In this document: positions 13,421 to 26,117 of the stretch, piece after piece
Layout of the letters: each line of letters begins with the position of its first letter
Numbering within the stretch: the stretch's first letter is position 1
Assembly: GCA_003971905.1 (NCBI GenBank)
Contig: RSEE01000014.1
Coordinates: 496,001-560,000, forward strand
Source: Moniliella sp. 'wahieum'
Taxonomy: Eukaryota
Reading direction: 5' to 3'
DNA length: 64,000 bases
Program-made: the position numbers and the translations under genes
Notes under the pieces: model-generated
Told to the model about the DNA's origin: nothing
The model's input: the letters and a program-made list of their open reading frames with translations, nothing else
Databases searched by the model: none

Positions 13421-14125
13421 ATGAACTCGATCCGCACCGTTGGTCTGTCGCACTCGATCCTGGCGCGCCGCGTGCTTGTTGGGGCTGGTGCTGGGGCACG
13501 TGTGGCCGCCGTGCGCCCGCTCGCGCTGGCGCCCCTCTTGGCTCGCCCGCTCGACCCAGACGCCAGCCAAGAAGCCCATTGCGATCCAGGAGTTGTCCCC
13601 GGCCCAGGAGCTGGAGCAGCTCGATGGCCAGCGCAACCGCCGTCCCACTTCGCCTCATCTCGATATCTACCAGCCGCAGCTGACCTGGCTCTTGTCGGGT
13701 ATGCACCGTGCCACGGGTTGTGCGACTGTTGGCAGTACGTCCTGCTTTCCTCCTTCTCTTTGGCGGGCCTTGCTGTTCTCCTGTGCCTCTGCCTCCCCCC
13801 CCCCTCCCTAACCCCCATGACTAACGTTACCGTTACTTCAGTTCTGTACGCCTACTCGATTGTCTATGGCTTCTCGCCGCTGTTTGGTGTGCAGGAGTAC
13901 GTTTCGCCGGCGGAGGTGGTTGCGATTGCGGGCTCGCTGCCGTTCTGGTTCAAGACGCTTGTCAAGGCCCCGCTGGCTGCCGTGGTGAGCTTCCATGCGT
14001 TCAACGGTCTGCGCCACCTGCTGTGGGACACGGGCCGTGCCCTGACCATCCCGGGCGTGTACAAGACCGGCTACGCGGTTCTCGGCGCCACGGCGCTGTC
14101 GACGATCGCTTTGCTTTTGGTGTAA
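13421..14125 (+). CDS. SDH3: Succinate dehydrogenase cytochrome b560 subunit
   Basis: Mitochondrial presequence-like N-terminus, [38 protein letters not shown]. Intron 13735-13841 (GTACGT..CTAAC..CAG). One frameshift. Confidence 0.93.
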   Translation: MNSIRTVGLSHSILARRVLVGAGAGARVAAVRPLALAPLLARPLDPDASQEAHCDPGVVPGPGAGAARWPAQPPSHFASSRYLPAAADLALVGYAPCHGLCDCWQYVLLSSFSLAGLAVLLCLCLPPPSLTPMTNVTVTSVLYAYSIVYGFSPLFGVQEYVSPAEVVAIAGSLPFWFKTLVKAPLAAVVSFHAFNGLRHLLWDTGRALTIPGVYKTGYAVLGATALSTIALLLV

Positions 14126-15440
14126 AGTCGTGCGTCGGATGGTATGGTATGCCCATGTGATCCATGAATGTGCGCAAGGGATCTGTAGAGCTCCATACGA
14201 CACGTTCCCCGTAGGTGCCGATGGCTGTCGACGACGGTGGCGCTCATGATGCCTGCGAGAGATTGAGCCCCGGGGCTAGCCAAAACGGACCTGCATGGCA
14301 GGGCTGGCGGTACGGAAGCAGAGGCTAGTGGGCATTTCACACCTCGGACGAAAGGGAGAGCGAGACGCGTACGAGAAAAACGTGGAGGGATGAACGGAGC
14401 AGTGGGGTTGAATGGGGCAAGCGGTGCCAACCTGTTTCCCAAGTCTTGGGCATCGATGTGATGGGGTAAAAAAGATGTTGGTTGGAGGATAACGTTGCTC
14501 GTGGCTGCTGGCCCTGCACGTACTCATCTGTCGCCGCTGGATATTGAATGGTTTTTTCGCCATAGAGGCTGCCCTCCAAGTCTACTGCACAGTGACAAGT
14601 GGCATGTGCCAGTTGCAATCCTGTATGCTGAGAAATGCGCTTCACCCGAGGGAGAGTTCGCGACGGTGAACAGAGGGAGATGCGAGAGAGCAATAGATGA
14701 GAGATGATACGTCGACGTGGGTGAAGCATTCCATCACGGTACCGCAGATAGATGAACGACCTTAAACGACGTCTCGCCCGGGCCAGTACGACTTTTTAGA
14801 AGTAGTAATAGGTTCCGGTTCCACTGGCTTTCAAGATTGTTGTTGTGTCCTTTGTTTCGTCCTTGTTTCGTTTGGTTCGATGAATTGAGATTGGCTTCCT
14901 CTAAAATATACCTTTTAGGTCTGCGATAGCGAACCATAGCAGGAAGCCATAGTATGGCAAGCAACAATGTATACACGGAGCGATATCGCAGACGGTATGC
15001 GCTGTTCTCTATCCTCGCACGACCTGAAAGACAGCCAAACACATCCGTGGCACCACTTTCCTGATGGTAAGCAGCCATATACCCTCTGAGGTCAGGACCC
15101 TCTGAGGCCTCCCTTTCGCTTCCAAACCGGATGTAAGTGGTAAAATGTAGTGCGAAGAGTGCGTACCAATGAGCGTGGAATAGACCTGCATGTGAGCGAG
15201 TGCGCGCTGTTGGGCGATCAGAACGAACCATCTCCTGGCATGCCATATTCATCGCATCAATCCCACCGGGTGCATCAAAATCCTCTTTTTTCCCAGCTGC
15301 TTGTTCGCGCGCTATCTATATAGCCTTCTTCGCTCGTTGGCCTGGCCTGAAAACCACCGCACGAACAAGTGTAACATGTAACACAGCACGCACCCAGTAT
15401 CCCAGCCGTATGTGTGGCGGCTGTCAGGAAAGTGCCTACG

Positions 15441-15571
15441 TGACGCGTGACGCGTGAGGCGTGAGGTACCTGGCTGCTTCCGTTCGGCATTCGATGTTCG
15501 GCGCGGCAAGCATTCAATATTCAACTGAACGTTGTTCAAACGTTCAACGTTCAGAACGTTCAGAGTTCAAA
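15441..15571. repeat. Heptamer arrays TGA-CGCG, TCA-ATAT and TCA-ACGT
   Basis: tgacgcgtgacgcgtgaggcgtgagg; tcaatattca; tcaacgttca. Confidence 0.75.
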
Positions 15572-16206
15572 TCCGGGAAGGCCCGCTGGGGGAACGGGTG
15601 GGCTGGCCCAGTGCTCCGTTGGAGCGCGCAGTCTCCAGCCTGGCACTGTCCAGCCTTGCCCAGCAGGTGCCGGGAAGCGGGGCAGACACGCTGTCAGCCA
15701 CCCGGCAGACGCCCCGGCGCTGGGCGGCAGCGGGGCTTGGCACGCTTCCACAGGCGCCGTGCGCCATGCGAGCGCATGCGACCCAGTCCTCCCCTCCGCG
15801 GTCCGTCTGGTGTGCTGGGGCGTGCAGATCACACAGTGCGCAGGCAGCACACAAGCACAGGAGCAGTGCCGAGCATGCTGCGCGCGGATGCCTCGGCTGT
15901 GGGCGGGCTGCGGCACAGTCACTGACCAACTGCAGGAACTCGCGTCGCAAAGCACAGCGCCAGCGCGCCCACACACTGCTCACGTGCGGCACGCCGCTGC
16001 CTCCTGCCCCCTGCATGTGCCATTGTACCCCGCCCCGCCTCGCCCCGCCTCGCCCTCGACCCCGCACCTTGGCCTCCATCATCCCCCTCCCGGCGTCTGC
16101 CTGCCTACACCTCCTCCCTGCCCATCTCCCTGCGCGGCTGGCTGCTGGCACCTGCTGCTCCTCCTTCCCCACCCTCTTTTCGCTCCTTCCCCCCTCCCAT
16201 CCACCC

Positions 16207-19200
16207 ATGCGCCTCAACTGGCGTGTCCCGGCCCACCCCCCGCGCCGGCGACGCCGCCCCCCTCCAAGCGCAGCTGCGGCCGCATCCCTCCTTCTTTTCG
16301 CCCTTGTCCCTGCACCCGTCACCGCCCAGGTCACCCTCACGCCTGCCCCCACCATCAATGGCATGGCGTCCGGCGTGTCGCCTCTGCTCGATGCTACGTT
16401 TATGGGTGTTGGGATTGAGCCCAGCAATCTACTCTCTTTTACCGGCGTGGACGCCCCCAACCCACTCACCAACCAGCTTTTGAGCAACATTGCTGGCTAC
16501 ATGGGCGCCCCACCTCATATCCGCATCGGCGGCAACAGTGGCGACAATATGCTCTACGATGCCTCCAACGCGTCGCTCGCCATTGTCAACAACCCCAACG
16601 CCGTTGGCCCTGGCAATCCTGGCTCCAAAACTGACAGCTGGACGTATGGTCCTGGGTACTATGCTGCAATCGACAATTTTCCCAAGAGCACACCGATCAC
16701 TTTTGGCCTCAACCTCGCTTACAATGGGGCCGACTCCATCCCACGCGCAGTGACGCAAGCTCAGTCCCTGTTCGATTCCTTGAAGAACGTGGTGATCAAC
16801 TCGCTCGAGGTGGGAAACGAACCCGACTTGTACATTGTCAATAACTACCGCCCTTCGTCCTGGTCCACAACCGACTACGGCAACGAGTGGATCGCAAAGG
16901 TGGATGCTGTGTACCAGCAGGTACTTAAGCCGCTCAAGAAGCCCCAGAATATATTCGAAGCTGCCTGCACGGCCACCACTGCGACCAAATCGGGCCACGC
17001 CTACCGTATCGCCAACCTGATGGACACTGGTGTTGCTTCGGCCAATGGCCAGTACCTACGAGGCTGGAATGGTCATGACTATTATTGTACGTTTATGCCC
17101 CCCAAGTACCTAAGTTTGGTCCTGACCGTTCCTTTGTGCCGGAATAGACTATTCGGATGTATCCAACTTCAAACTCACCATCGACCCTTGTTGAATCTGC
17201 CCCTGACGACTCAACAGTTCTCCGAATGGACTAACCAAGTGCAGCAAGCTAACCAGTCTGGCAAGGCTTACTACCTTCGCGAGATGGGATCCGTGGGACC
17301 GACGGGCATCCAGGGAATCAGTGATACTTTTGGTACGTACTCTTCTCTTCGCTGCGGTAACTGTAAAAGTGCGGATGATGCTGACTAGAATTACCAGCCA
17401 ACACGCTCTGGACGCTCAATTTTTTTCTGTTTGCCTCCACTGTGGGCGTGTCGAGTGTACAGATCCACATGACCGATAACTCGTTTGGCTCACCCTGGCA
17501 ACCCAACGTGCAGAATGGCGTCGGTCCTCATGTTCGCTCTTCCTACTATGCCTTTGCGGCAGTAAGTCAACTGCTGGGGACTGGGTGCAACACCAACTTT
17601 GCTCTGCTCCAGCTGGGCAATGTCCCTAGCCCATACAGCAACCGCTTGGCTGCGTACGCTGTGTACCGTCAGAACACGCTCCAGAGTATTGTGTTGATCA
17701 ATTCCAACCCCACCGGTGCTGATACTACTGTTGCCCCCCGCAACGTCGCTCGCATCGTTCCATGGGTATACATAGGCGCCAATCGACCCCTACGGTAAGC
17801 TTCACCGTATCGGTTCCCAAACTGGCAGGAAAAACATTCTTCCTCTCCACACTCTCTGCACCCCTCTCTACCTCGACCACCAACACCACGTGGAACGGAA
17901 TTGAGTACGAGTCTAGCGGCGATGGCTCTCCTAACCTGGCCAACGCCACCAATGCCCAACAAACGGTTCAAGTTGGAGCTGACGGATCACTCCTCGTCAC
18001 TGTGGCCGACAGTACGGCTGTGGTGGCCAATCTCAATGTCGTGCTGGGTGGGGATGATGGAAGCAAGAGCCTTTGTGTTGGGAATGGTTCCAGCGCCGCC
18101 AATGCACCAACGGCACCGGGTGCGAACCCCCCACTGGCTTTACGGGCTCAATTTCTACATCCCATTCGCTCTCCAAAACGGCCATCATTGCCATTGCGGC
18201 TGGTGGAGGTGGAGGTGGAGCAGTGCTGGCGGTGATCGTATTTGCCGTGCTACTTGCGTGCATCCGCAAGCGCCGCCGCGCCAAGGAGCTTGATGTTGCC
18301 GTTGCAAGCGCCAAGATGGGTCATTTCGACAATGCTAAAACCAAAGCGGCCGCCACTACACTGCGTATCCCCCGTGGATATGACGGACGGGATAATCTCG
18401 CCTCGCCAAGTCACGAGCATCTCATGGACGGATACGCCATGTCGGATCGTCCACGATGGGGTGCTTCGACGGGCGCAGTGGCGGCGGCAGCTGGATACCA
18501 GTATGCCAGGACTCACAGCAAAAAGATGTCGAACACCTCGATGAGTTCGATGGAGAAGGACCCGATGGAGAGCTTCCCGAGCCAGCACAAGTTCGCTCAC
18601 AGGCATACCCATTCGGCAGACACATTTGACTCGCGTGGCATGCGGGACGAGCCATACGCCTACGACGAGGCGGCTTGGGCTCAGATGCGCCCGTCTGCGA
18701 GCGCAGGGAGGCGCGCCTATGGCTATCCTGAAGGCTATGGCTCAGGCCAGAATCCCACCTCCTATGGCGATGGATACGGCTCCTATCCCGACACTCGGTA
18801 CGGTAATGATCCTACATGGGGTGGGGACGGGTCAAACCAACGCACCCGAGGCTACGATGTACAAAACGATCCGGCGTACACGTCATACAACTATGTCTAT
18901 CAAGACAACCGTGGCCGCTCGGCCAGAGCCCTACCGCACCGCAATCAATGCTACCCCAGTCTTCTCAATACGGCTACAATCCAAGTTCTGAACCGCCCTC
19001 TGGTCGCACTCTTTGCCCCTGGCCAATCCCGCTCTGGCGACGGAGTCGGTGCGATCGGAGCCTTGGTTATGGACAGCTCGGGATTGTCCAACGCGTCGAG
19101 TACTGACGCCCGCCCGCGTCGGGGAAGAGCACGTGAGGTGGACTTGGCGGATGTACGACCGGACATGCAAGCTCCCAACTGGGCCTTGGCCACGGCCCCA

Positions 19201-19871
19201 CAACCCTCCGAGGGTTCCGCCACCCCACGAGCGCGCCCACGGTCCCTGTCGCAAGGCGCCTTGGACCTAGACCCATCGAGGAGGAATGTGTCTCGGGATG
19301 TTCTGCGTGAAGTTCGTGCGGCAGCGGCGAGCCCAGCCGCTACCCCAGCGTCGCTACGCCCGGCAGGGCGGCAAGAGACATGGGAGGCAGGCACGACAGG
19401 GTCGAGGCAAGCGACGCAGGCGGAGCGTCCTCGGTCCTATTCTGCCTCTCGCATTACCCCCGTGCGCCGCGACACGGGCGAGCGCGCGGAGCGGCAGGCG
19501 TATGCGGAGTGGTATGCCCAGCACTACGGTTCGGCCGACCAGGCCGAACGCGCTTCGTCGGGAACTAGGGCCGGGGCGGCGCCGAGCTCCGCTGGGGTGA
19601 CCTTGCCCCTGGCAACTACCCCAGCCAAGAGGCGTACAACGACGCGTACACCAGTACTATATGCCCAGTACTACCAAGCCCAAGCTCGTGCGGCCTCTAC
19701 GGCGGGTCAGCCGCGCGGGGGCCAGACGGCAATAGCGGCCCCTTCTACCGGCGGATACAATAACAGTCCCCACCAATACGCACACGAAGAGGCAGGTGCA
19801 CCGCGCAATGCCCGGGATGCAGTGCGCCAAGCGCGCGCCGGAGCTCAACGGGCGGCCGGTCCCCTCGCTGA
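16207..19871 (+). CDS. GH79-like glycoside hydrolase with C-terminal transmembrane helix and long low-complexity tail
   Basis: Hydrophobic signal SLLLFALVPAPVTAQ, PHIRIGGNSGD, LEVGNEPDLY, YYLREMGS, SDTFANTLW, TM helix AVLAVIVFAVLLACIRKRRR. Introns 17087-17147 and 17333-17397. The 3' end is inferred from the TGA just before a pyrimidine-rich tract. Confidence 0.75.
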
Positions 19872-20590
19872 GCATTCTCGGTGGCTCCTGTCCTACTTCC
19901 CTTGCCTTCCTTTGTTTTGTTTTGCTTTGCTTTACTTTGCCTTGCTTTGCTTGATCTCGTTGCTCTGTACCCCACATTCTTTGACTCTCCTTTTGTCTTG
20001 CGATCTCCCTCCCTGCCCCACCCTACTTTTTCTTGCACTTTTCTTATCTCTCGCATCTTCCTTTTGGTCTATCGTATTGCAGATCGCATCGATCTTCCTG
20101 CGGTGGTCTTTGTAACTTTACTCCAAATTGCATATGCCCTTGGTACCCCCCGCCCTTTGGGACGCAATGTGTGTGCCCTCGGCCTTTTCTCTTTTCTCTT
20201 GCCTGTTTCCTTTTTGCCTTTGCGTGTCTGCCTCCCATCTACTCTTCTACGTGCTCTCAGCGCCTTCTCGCGGCTTGCTGTCCCGCACGTTCGTTCTTAT
20301 CTGTCTTGCACGCCAAAACACGCTTCCTTAACGAGAAACCTATACGGAGAATAAAGGGCAACGTGATGGAGGGATGGATCGCTGTTGCCATGGACCACAG
20401 CGGCCTTGCCGACCAACGATGGTCTCTTTGAGAGCTGGTGTCCGCACTACGGATGCTACAACCGGACCAACCCAGAACCAGAATCCATCTCCCATCTCTG
20501 AAGCTCACTAGTCTCTTTGCCCGCACTTGCATCATGAGTACTGAGTAAAATGTATAAATAGGGGGGAGGTAGAACGGGGTCACTGACCGA

Positions 20591-22767
20591 TCACGGTGTT
20601 GCCGGCGCCAAGACGAGGGCCGGACTGGGGGAGCGGCTCCACAGTTCTTGCTGCGCACGAGGCAGGGAAGGCGGCAAGTGCTGTTCAGGGGAGGGGTCAG
20701 CCAGACGGAGGGCATGCTGGGAGGGAGAAGGGGGTATCATGGGCGGCGAGGAGCTGGAGCCTTTGGCGGCCACGTCACAGGCGGGGAGGAGGTTGGGAGT
20801 ACAGGGTGTGGAGACGTAATGGAGGAGAGGGGAGGGGGGGGAGTAGGCGTTGTTGAGCCGATAGGCGGCTCTCGATTGGGGGTGGAGGGGTGGGACGGAA
20901 CGTGTGCGAAGGGGCGATGGGTGCTTGAGAAGGAGGGGGAATGTGAGAAACACGTGGCCGTGCACAAGGTCCCACACCTAGACCGAGGGCAGTATGGGCG
21001 AAAACAGAGTCGGTAGCTATCCGGGCCAGCCTTGTTGGGGAGGACAACGAGGAGAAGGAAAGAGAGAGAGCGGAAGAGGGAGGGGAGGAGCCAACAAGTT
21101 CTTGGGACCCCCCCAGGCTTCTGGGCAGGCCAACTTGCCCACCCGCGCACGCATCAGAGGGAGCAAATCCAAGTGGGTCCAATCGTACTTGTCGCTAATC
21201 GTCTCATCAGAGACTGCGTACCCGCCATCCGGATCGTGTACCTCATCCGAAAGGGTGGGGACGTCGTTGGGTCGATCGTTCAACGTTTTGGACGCAAACA
21301 GTTTCCGCATCGTCTTATTCGCCCCAACTCGGGAGGAGCGGGGTCGTTGCAGGCGCGTCATCTGGCCCGCGTGTAAGGTCAAAGGGAAAGCACCCCCGGT
21401 CGAGGTAGATGCAACTGGCGGGGTTGAAGAGCCATGGTTCTCCAGGCGTGATGCGTTGGGGGGGTGGTTCTCTTTGGTCCCCATGCTCTGTTTCATAAAC
21501 TTGGCCGCCAAACTGCTCAGCTTGTTTCTTCGGTAGGGCATCACGGCGGCCGGCTTAACGATGCGTTCATACATTGTCCGTTGCTCAAACTCATGGTGCG
21601 CCGCCTTGGCTGCATTCTTCTCCAACCGGGAGAGCTCAAGGCCAAGCATGATCATGACAGTGTCCACGTCGAGCGGACCGGAGGAACGGGTGACAGCACA
21701 CATGCTCAGATGCACCTTTCGCCTGGCACGGGGGCCAAACGGACGAAAGCAGATAGGGCACGATAATAAAGGAGCAAGAGAAGCCCTCTCGATGAAGCTT
21801 AGGTCCAACGCTTGCACTCCGGGCGGAAGAACTGCACCCGCATTAACAATTGGTCCCGTGAGTAACGCTTTACGCTCTCGTTCTTGCTGTTCTTGCTTTT
21901 CAGCCAATGCGAGCTCTCGCTTGCGCTGTGCGTTACGCGCTCGTTCTTGCTTTTCAGCCAATGCGAGTTCTCGCTTGCGCTTCCGGCTCTCCTTGCTCGT
22001 TGTGGATATACGCGAAGTGGCGATGGGTCCTGGGAGCAACGTCTTACGTTTTTGCTCTTCGGTGGCGGAGGTCCGAACGCTCAAAGGCTTACCCTTAGAG
22101 CCCGACGACGAACAGGTGCGGTGGATACCCGGACGCGAGACGGAAGAACAGAAGATGATGTGCTGCCTTGTCGGGCAGCCACCGTTGTTTGGGAGCGAAC
22201 GGGAGCAGTCTGGCACCGGAACCGAGAAAGGTTGAGCGACAAGGTAGGCGGCTCAGGCTCTGGTTCCGGCTCCGATACAAGCTCAAGGTCCGATACAGTC
22301 TCAGGTTGGGTCCTATCGGAATCCGTATCGGACACAGCAGGGTCAGTGGGTGCGGGCCGGATCTCCTCTTGCTAGCAACCGCTCGGAATTGGAGAGGCGA
22401 CTGAAGAGTGGGGCATTGAGCAGTCCAAGGTCGGCTGATATCGTTGGCTCGGAGGTGCTGGGACCCACACGACAGGTAGCGGGGTCATATACGCCGTTGG
22501 AGAGGGGGGGGCGAGCCACTGGTCCGATGTATCCATTACCTCTTCCTCGCTATCCGAGGGGGGCACGATGGGCTCGACCGCCGCTGAGCCGGGCGGGGAG
22601 AGGAGCGGTCGCGAGAGCAGGGCAGGAGCATTGCTCATGAATGGCACGAGAACTCCGCCGCCACTCAGATGCATCGCTTTCTGCACACGGTCGAGAACGG
22701 GGGCGGGTAGGAGGCTTTCAAAGGGATGGTGGATGTTGGCGGAAGTAAAAGGCGGAGAGAAATTCAT
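20591..22767 (-). CDS. Ser/Pro-rich protein with a C2HC zinc finger (Slx4 N-terminal-like, tentative)
   Basis: Chained minus-strand ORFs 22372-22767, 22081-22335, 21017-22216 and 20591-20977. Motif CPICFRPF..RKVHLSMC followed by DTVMIML..EL..RTMYERIV. Both ends uncertain. Confidence 0.4.
21889..21981. repeat. 39-bp direct duplication (54-bp period) encoding RKRELALAEKQE twice on the minus strand
   Basis: gttcttgcttttcagccaatgcgag(c/t)tctcgcttgcgct at 21889 and 21943, with one mismatch. Confidence 0.9.
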
Positions 22768-23015
22768 GTTTATTCAAGGGAATTTCGCGACCCATTTTGG
22801 GTTAATTATTAGCCGAGTCCTGGGTCCCTCGCCCACTTCCCATCGCACGCCCCCATACGGCTGACAGCCACGCCTATACGTTGATCATCCACTTCCCTAG
22901 TCTCGTCAACGCGTCAACCCAGTCTGAAGCGATTTTGTACATGACCATTCTCATTTTTGCGCATAGCGATGCAGCAGTACGGCGCTGCCCACCCCAGGGA
23001 CCGGTCGTCAAAAAT

Positions 23016-23504
23016 TTACCTGCCGCGCCCGCGGCCACGCCCGCCCGCCCTGCCTCGGCCACGATCCGCCTTCTTGGCAGCATCGCGGCGGCGACCCTTG
23101 GACTTGGGTGTGTCATCGACGAGAAGCATGTCGAGCGGAAGCGAGTCGGGAAGAATCCAGTAGCGAACCGTACTGCCGCGGATGGAGAGCGTGTCGAGTG
23201 ATTGGGGCTCTTGGCCCTTGACTGTCATCTTAACTGTCTTGAGGTGGGTGTTCATCTTGACGTCCACACCTGGGGAAAGAATACAGAGGTCAGTACCAGG
23301 GAGTAGGGAGCAGAATACCATAGAGAAGAAATGCCCAAAGCGGACGCACCTGTGACAGTACCGTGAACCACAGTGCCGTTCTTGAGCTCGATGGTCACCG
23401 TCTCATTGTTCAGCTTCATCAAGAAGCTGGGAAAAGACGTGTCAGTCGGGCACGAGCAGGAACAAAAGGCAAGCACACCAAGACACGTACCGAATGAGCT
23501 GCAT
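23016..23504 (-). CDS. SMD1: Small nuclear ribonucleoprotein Sm D1
   Basis: [60 protein letters not shown] with an RG tail. Introns 23427-23490 and 23270-23349. Confidence 0.96.
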
Positions 23505-23685
23505 GGTCGGCCACCTGTCCTGGCTACTACGCGACCCACGAGGAAAGCAGTGATGGAGGTGGGAATGCCGATGTCGTCGCCTGGACACTGGACTGCAAGC
23601 AATCCTTGCCCAACTTGCCGTCAGCGGCGGAACCATGGCTCATTCCGCCCAGCATTAACCCTACCATACTGCGATGCATCATTCG

Positions 23686-23716
23686 TCACGCGTCACGCGT
23701 CATGCATCATTCATCA
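23686..23716. repeat. Mixed-core TCA heptamer array
   Basis: TCA at 23686, 23693, 23700, 23707 and 23714. Confidence 0.85.
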
Positions 23717-24228
23717 GTGCATCAGTACGAACAGCAAGGATTGATGGATTTCAAAAGCCTGGGTAACCGGTAAACACGCTTGGCAGCATCATGCATCACC
23801 GGCCATCACCGATCACCTGACGCGTGTGGCGCCCAGGTCGCCACGTGACGACAGGGCGCTGGCGTGCTGTGCTGAGCCTCAGCGCTGACGAGCAGCCTCT
23901 GACTAATCGTACCTCCCGCCTGCTAGCGTCCGAACCACAACCAAAAAAGCACTGGCTCAGCCACAGGCCTGCCTCCGGCCTGCTCAGGCGCTCAGGCGGC
24001 AAGCAAGGTGGCAGCGACTGGCAGCAGCCCTCGGCGCCTCAGCGCCCAGCTGAGCTCAGCCTGAGCCTGAGCATCCCCACGTCCGCCTCGCCTCCTCGAT
24101 TCGCCCAGGCAGCCCTGCTCAGTGCCACCACCAACCCCTCTCGGCCTGAGCCACTCACTACTCAGCGTTGACACTGGGCGACCTACAGCCTCAACCACCT
24201 CCGTCCCGCCCGTCACTGCCATTGCCAA

Positions 24229-25564
24229 CATGGACGTCTCCCCGACTGACGGTGGCGTCTCCTGCTGCTAGCCCGTCGCAGACACGCTCGTTTTGCCATC
24301 GATGGGTTCGACCCCCCCCCTCGCACTGTTGGGCCGATGCCATCAGCTTCGCACAGGCCCCTTCCCCCTCTGTTCAACCATATTGCAACAGACCTTTCAA
24401 CCTGAATCGTCGCCATAAGGATCGACCAGAGATGTATTCGCCAAAGTTTTGGCTGCTGGCAAAGCACCACTCACTTTTACTGTGCTTGTGCACAGCCAAG
24501 TCCGTCCCCGAACGGGCTGTCCGCCATGTGGGTCTGGTCGCGCAGCAGCTCCAGATATATCGATCCCATGAATGGTGAGTGCGACGGGTATCCTTCGACC
24601 CCCACGGGCAACTCTATGGAGATGATGTTCGAGGTCCTAGGAGAGTGGGTTTCGATCGATATGGCTCAGCAGCTTCAACACGGCTATGCTCTACGATGTG
24701 TCGCACTGCTTATGCACATTGCCGTCAGGTGTGCCATAACAAGAGCCAGTGCACCTGTCTCCCGATGGGGCTATTTTCGAGGGCGTACGCGCTTATGGAG
24801 ATGCTGATGCCAAAGCCTAAGCAAACGAGCTATCTGGATGCTGTGGCAGCAGTCGCTATCATGTTGTGTCGCCGCCATACAGTCATCCTCGATGCTTGGA
24901 CCAGCGTACTCGGATCCGGAGAGGAGCCAGTGCATGGTGTGCTACGAGGACTTCGATGTGAGTATCCTTTCCTTGATTCAGTTGACCCAACTGAGGGCAG
25001 TTGATGGCTACTGGAGAGCTGACCGCCTATGCGTTTCCGACGACCATGCCCGCAGTCTACCCATTCTACCCCCACTGTTTGGTATAGACCTTGCCGTCTT
25101 GATATGCGTTCCCCATTCTGTGTCCAACGCCGTCTGGATCTGTCTGGATCAGCTGTTTACTTGCCTTCTTCGCTGTGGAGAAGTGGGCACCCGTCTTCTC
25201 GTTATGCGTTACACGGCGTGCATCATTCCTCCGAGCCAAGATGGTTCCCACGGACATCAGCCCGAATCAGCCCATCCATCAAGAGTGCGCCGCCATCTGG
25301 GAATCACGTGTCGACGTTGTGCGTCCCCCAACAGCCCGTTTTTTTTTCTCGACCCCCTTCTTGGATAGCGATGCGCATTTTCTCAGGGGCCATTCGCCGA
25401 TCCACCCAGCCTGGTTGGTGGATTGCTGGCAGCGAATGGGCCAGACGACAAGGCAATCGGAGTGGAGGCGACTCTCTGTGCAGTGGTGCGCACTGGAATT
25501 CCAACTACCCCATGCGTGTCCCAGATGCCTGCAGTGGAGTGGACAGGAGCGGCCTGGAGCCTAG
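24229..25564 (+). CDS. Possible multi-exon RING-finger-like protein
   Basis: Fragments CMVCYEDFD (followed by a GTGAGT donor), PCPQSTH, HQECAAIW and CPRC, plus several splice-like signals. No clean model could be built. Confidence 0.25.
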
Positions 25565-25912
25565 GGACTAGTGACTAGTACCTAGTAACTAGTAACGCGT
25601 AACGAGCAAGAATGGGTTCGATTCCTCCACGCCAAATCTCTCCTGGGGCCTGGTGCGGCAGGCAGCCGGCCAGCCCACGCGGGAAGCGCCCAAGCCCAAC
25701 CGAGCAGAGCGCGCTTTAATTTGGCCATTTGGGGGGGTTGCCCCTTTGGGCGGGGGGCGTGTCTCGCGTGCCTGCTGCAATATGCACCTGAGCCCTGGGC
25801 CTGATGCATGATGCATGATGCTGGCGCTCAGGCGCCCAGGGCGCCTGCGTCACGCGTCAGCCATGCATGTATGGCATGTTCATGTTATGCATCATGCATC
25901 ATGCATCATGCA
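25561..25912. repeat. CTAG/CGCG and TGCA heptamer arrays
   Basis: CTAG every 7 bp from 25561; (TGATGCA)n at 25802; (TCATGCA)n at 25892. Confidence 0.85.
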
Positions 25913-26117
25913 CCCCCCAGCATTCCAGCGCACAGCGCTCGCCGTGCGCCACACTTGCACCCTGCCACCCACTGCTGGTCGGTTTCCGTGTTGCGGACAT
26001 GCGCGGTGGGCCAGCTGGGCCTTTTTGCCGCGTGTTCCGCGGAAGCGGCTGCGGGCTGCGGCCTCCCCCCATCCCCAGCCGCCGGGAGCCCTTCTCTCTC
26101 CTGGCCAACTCCTCTCC

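Noticed and set aside
19872..20115. Hydrophobic multi-TM C-terminus of ORF 18073-20115
   Set aside because: It is the translation of a (TTTGC)-like pyrimidine tract, most likely 3' UTR read through because of a frameshift.
25585..25634. tRNA-like GGGTTCGATTCC B-box
   Set aside because: The T-stem pairs poorly, and no anticodon or acceptor stem can be built.
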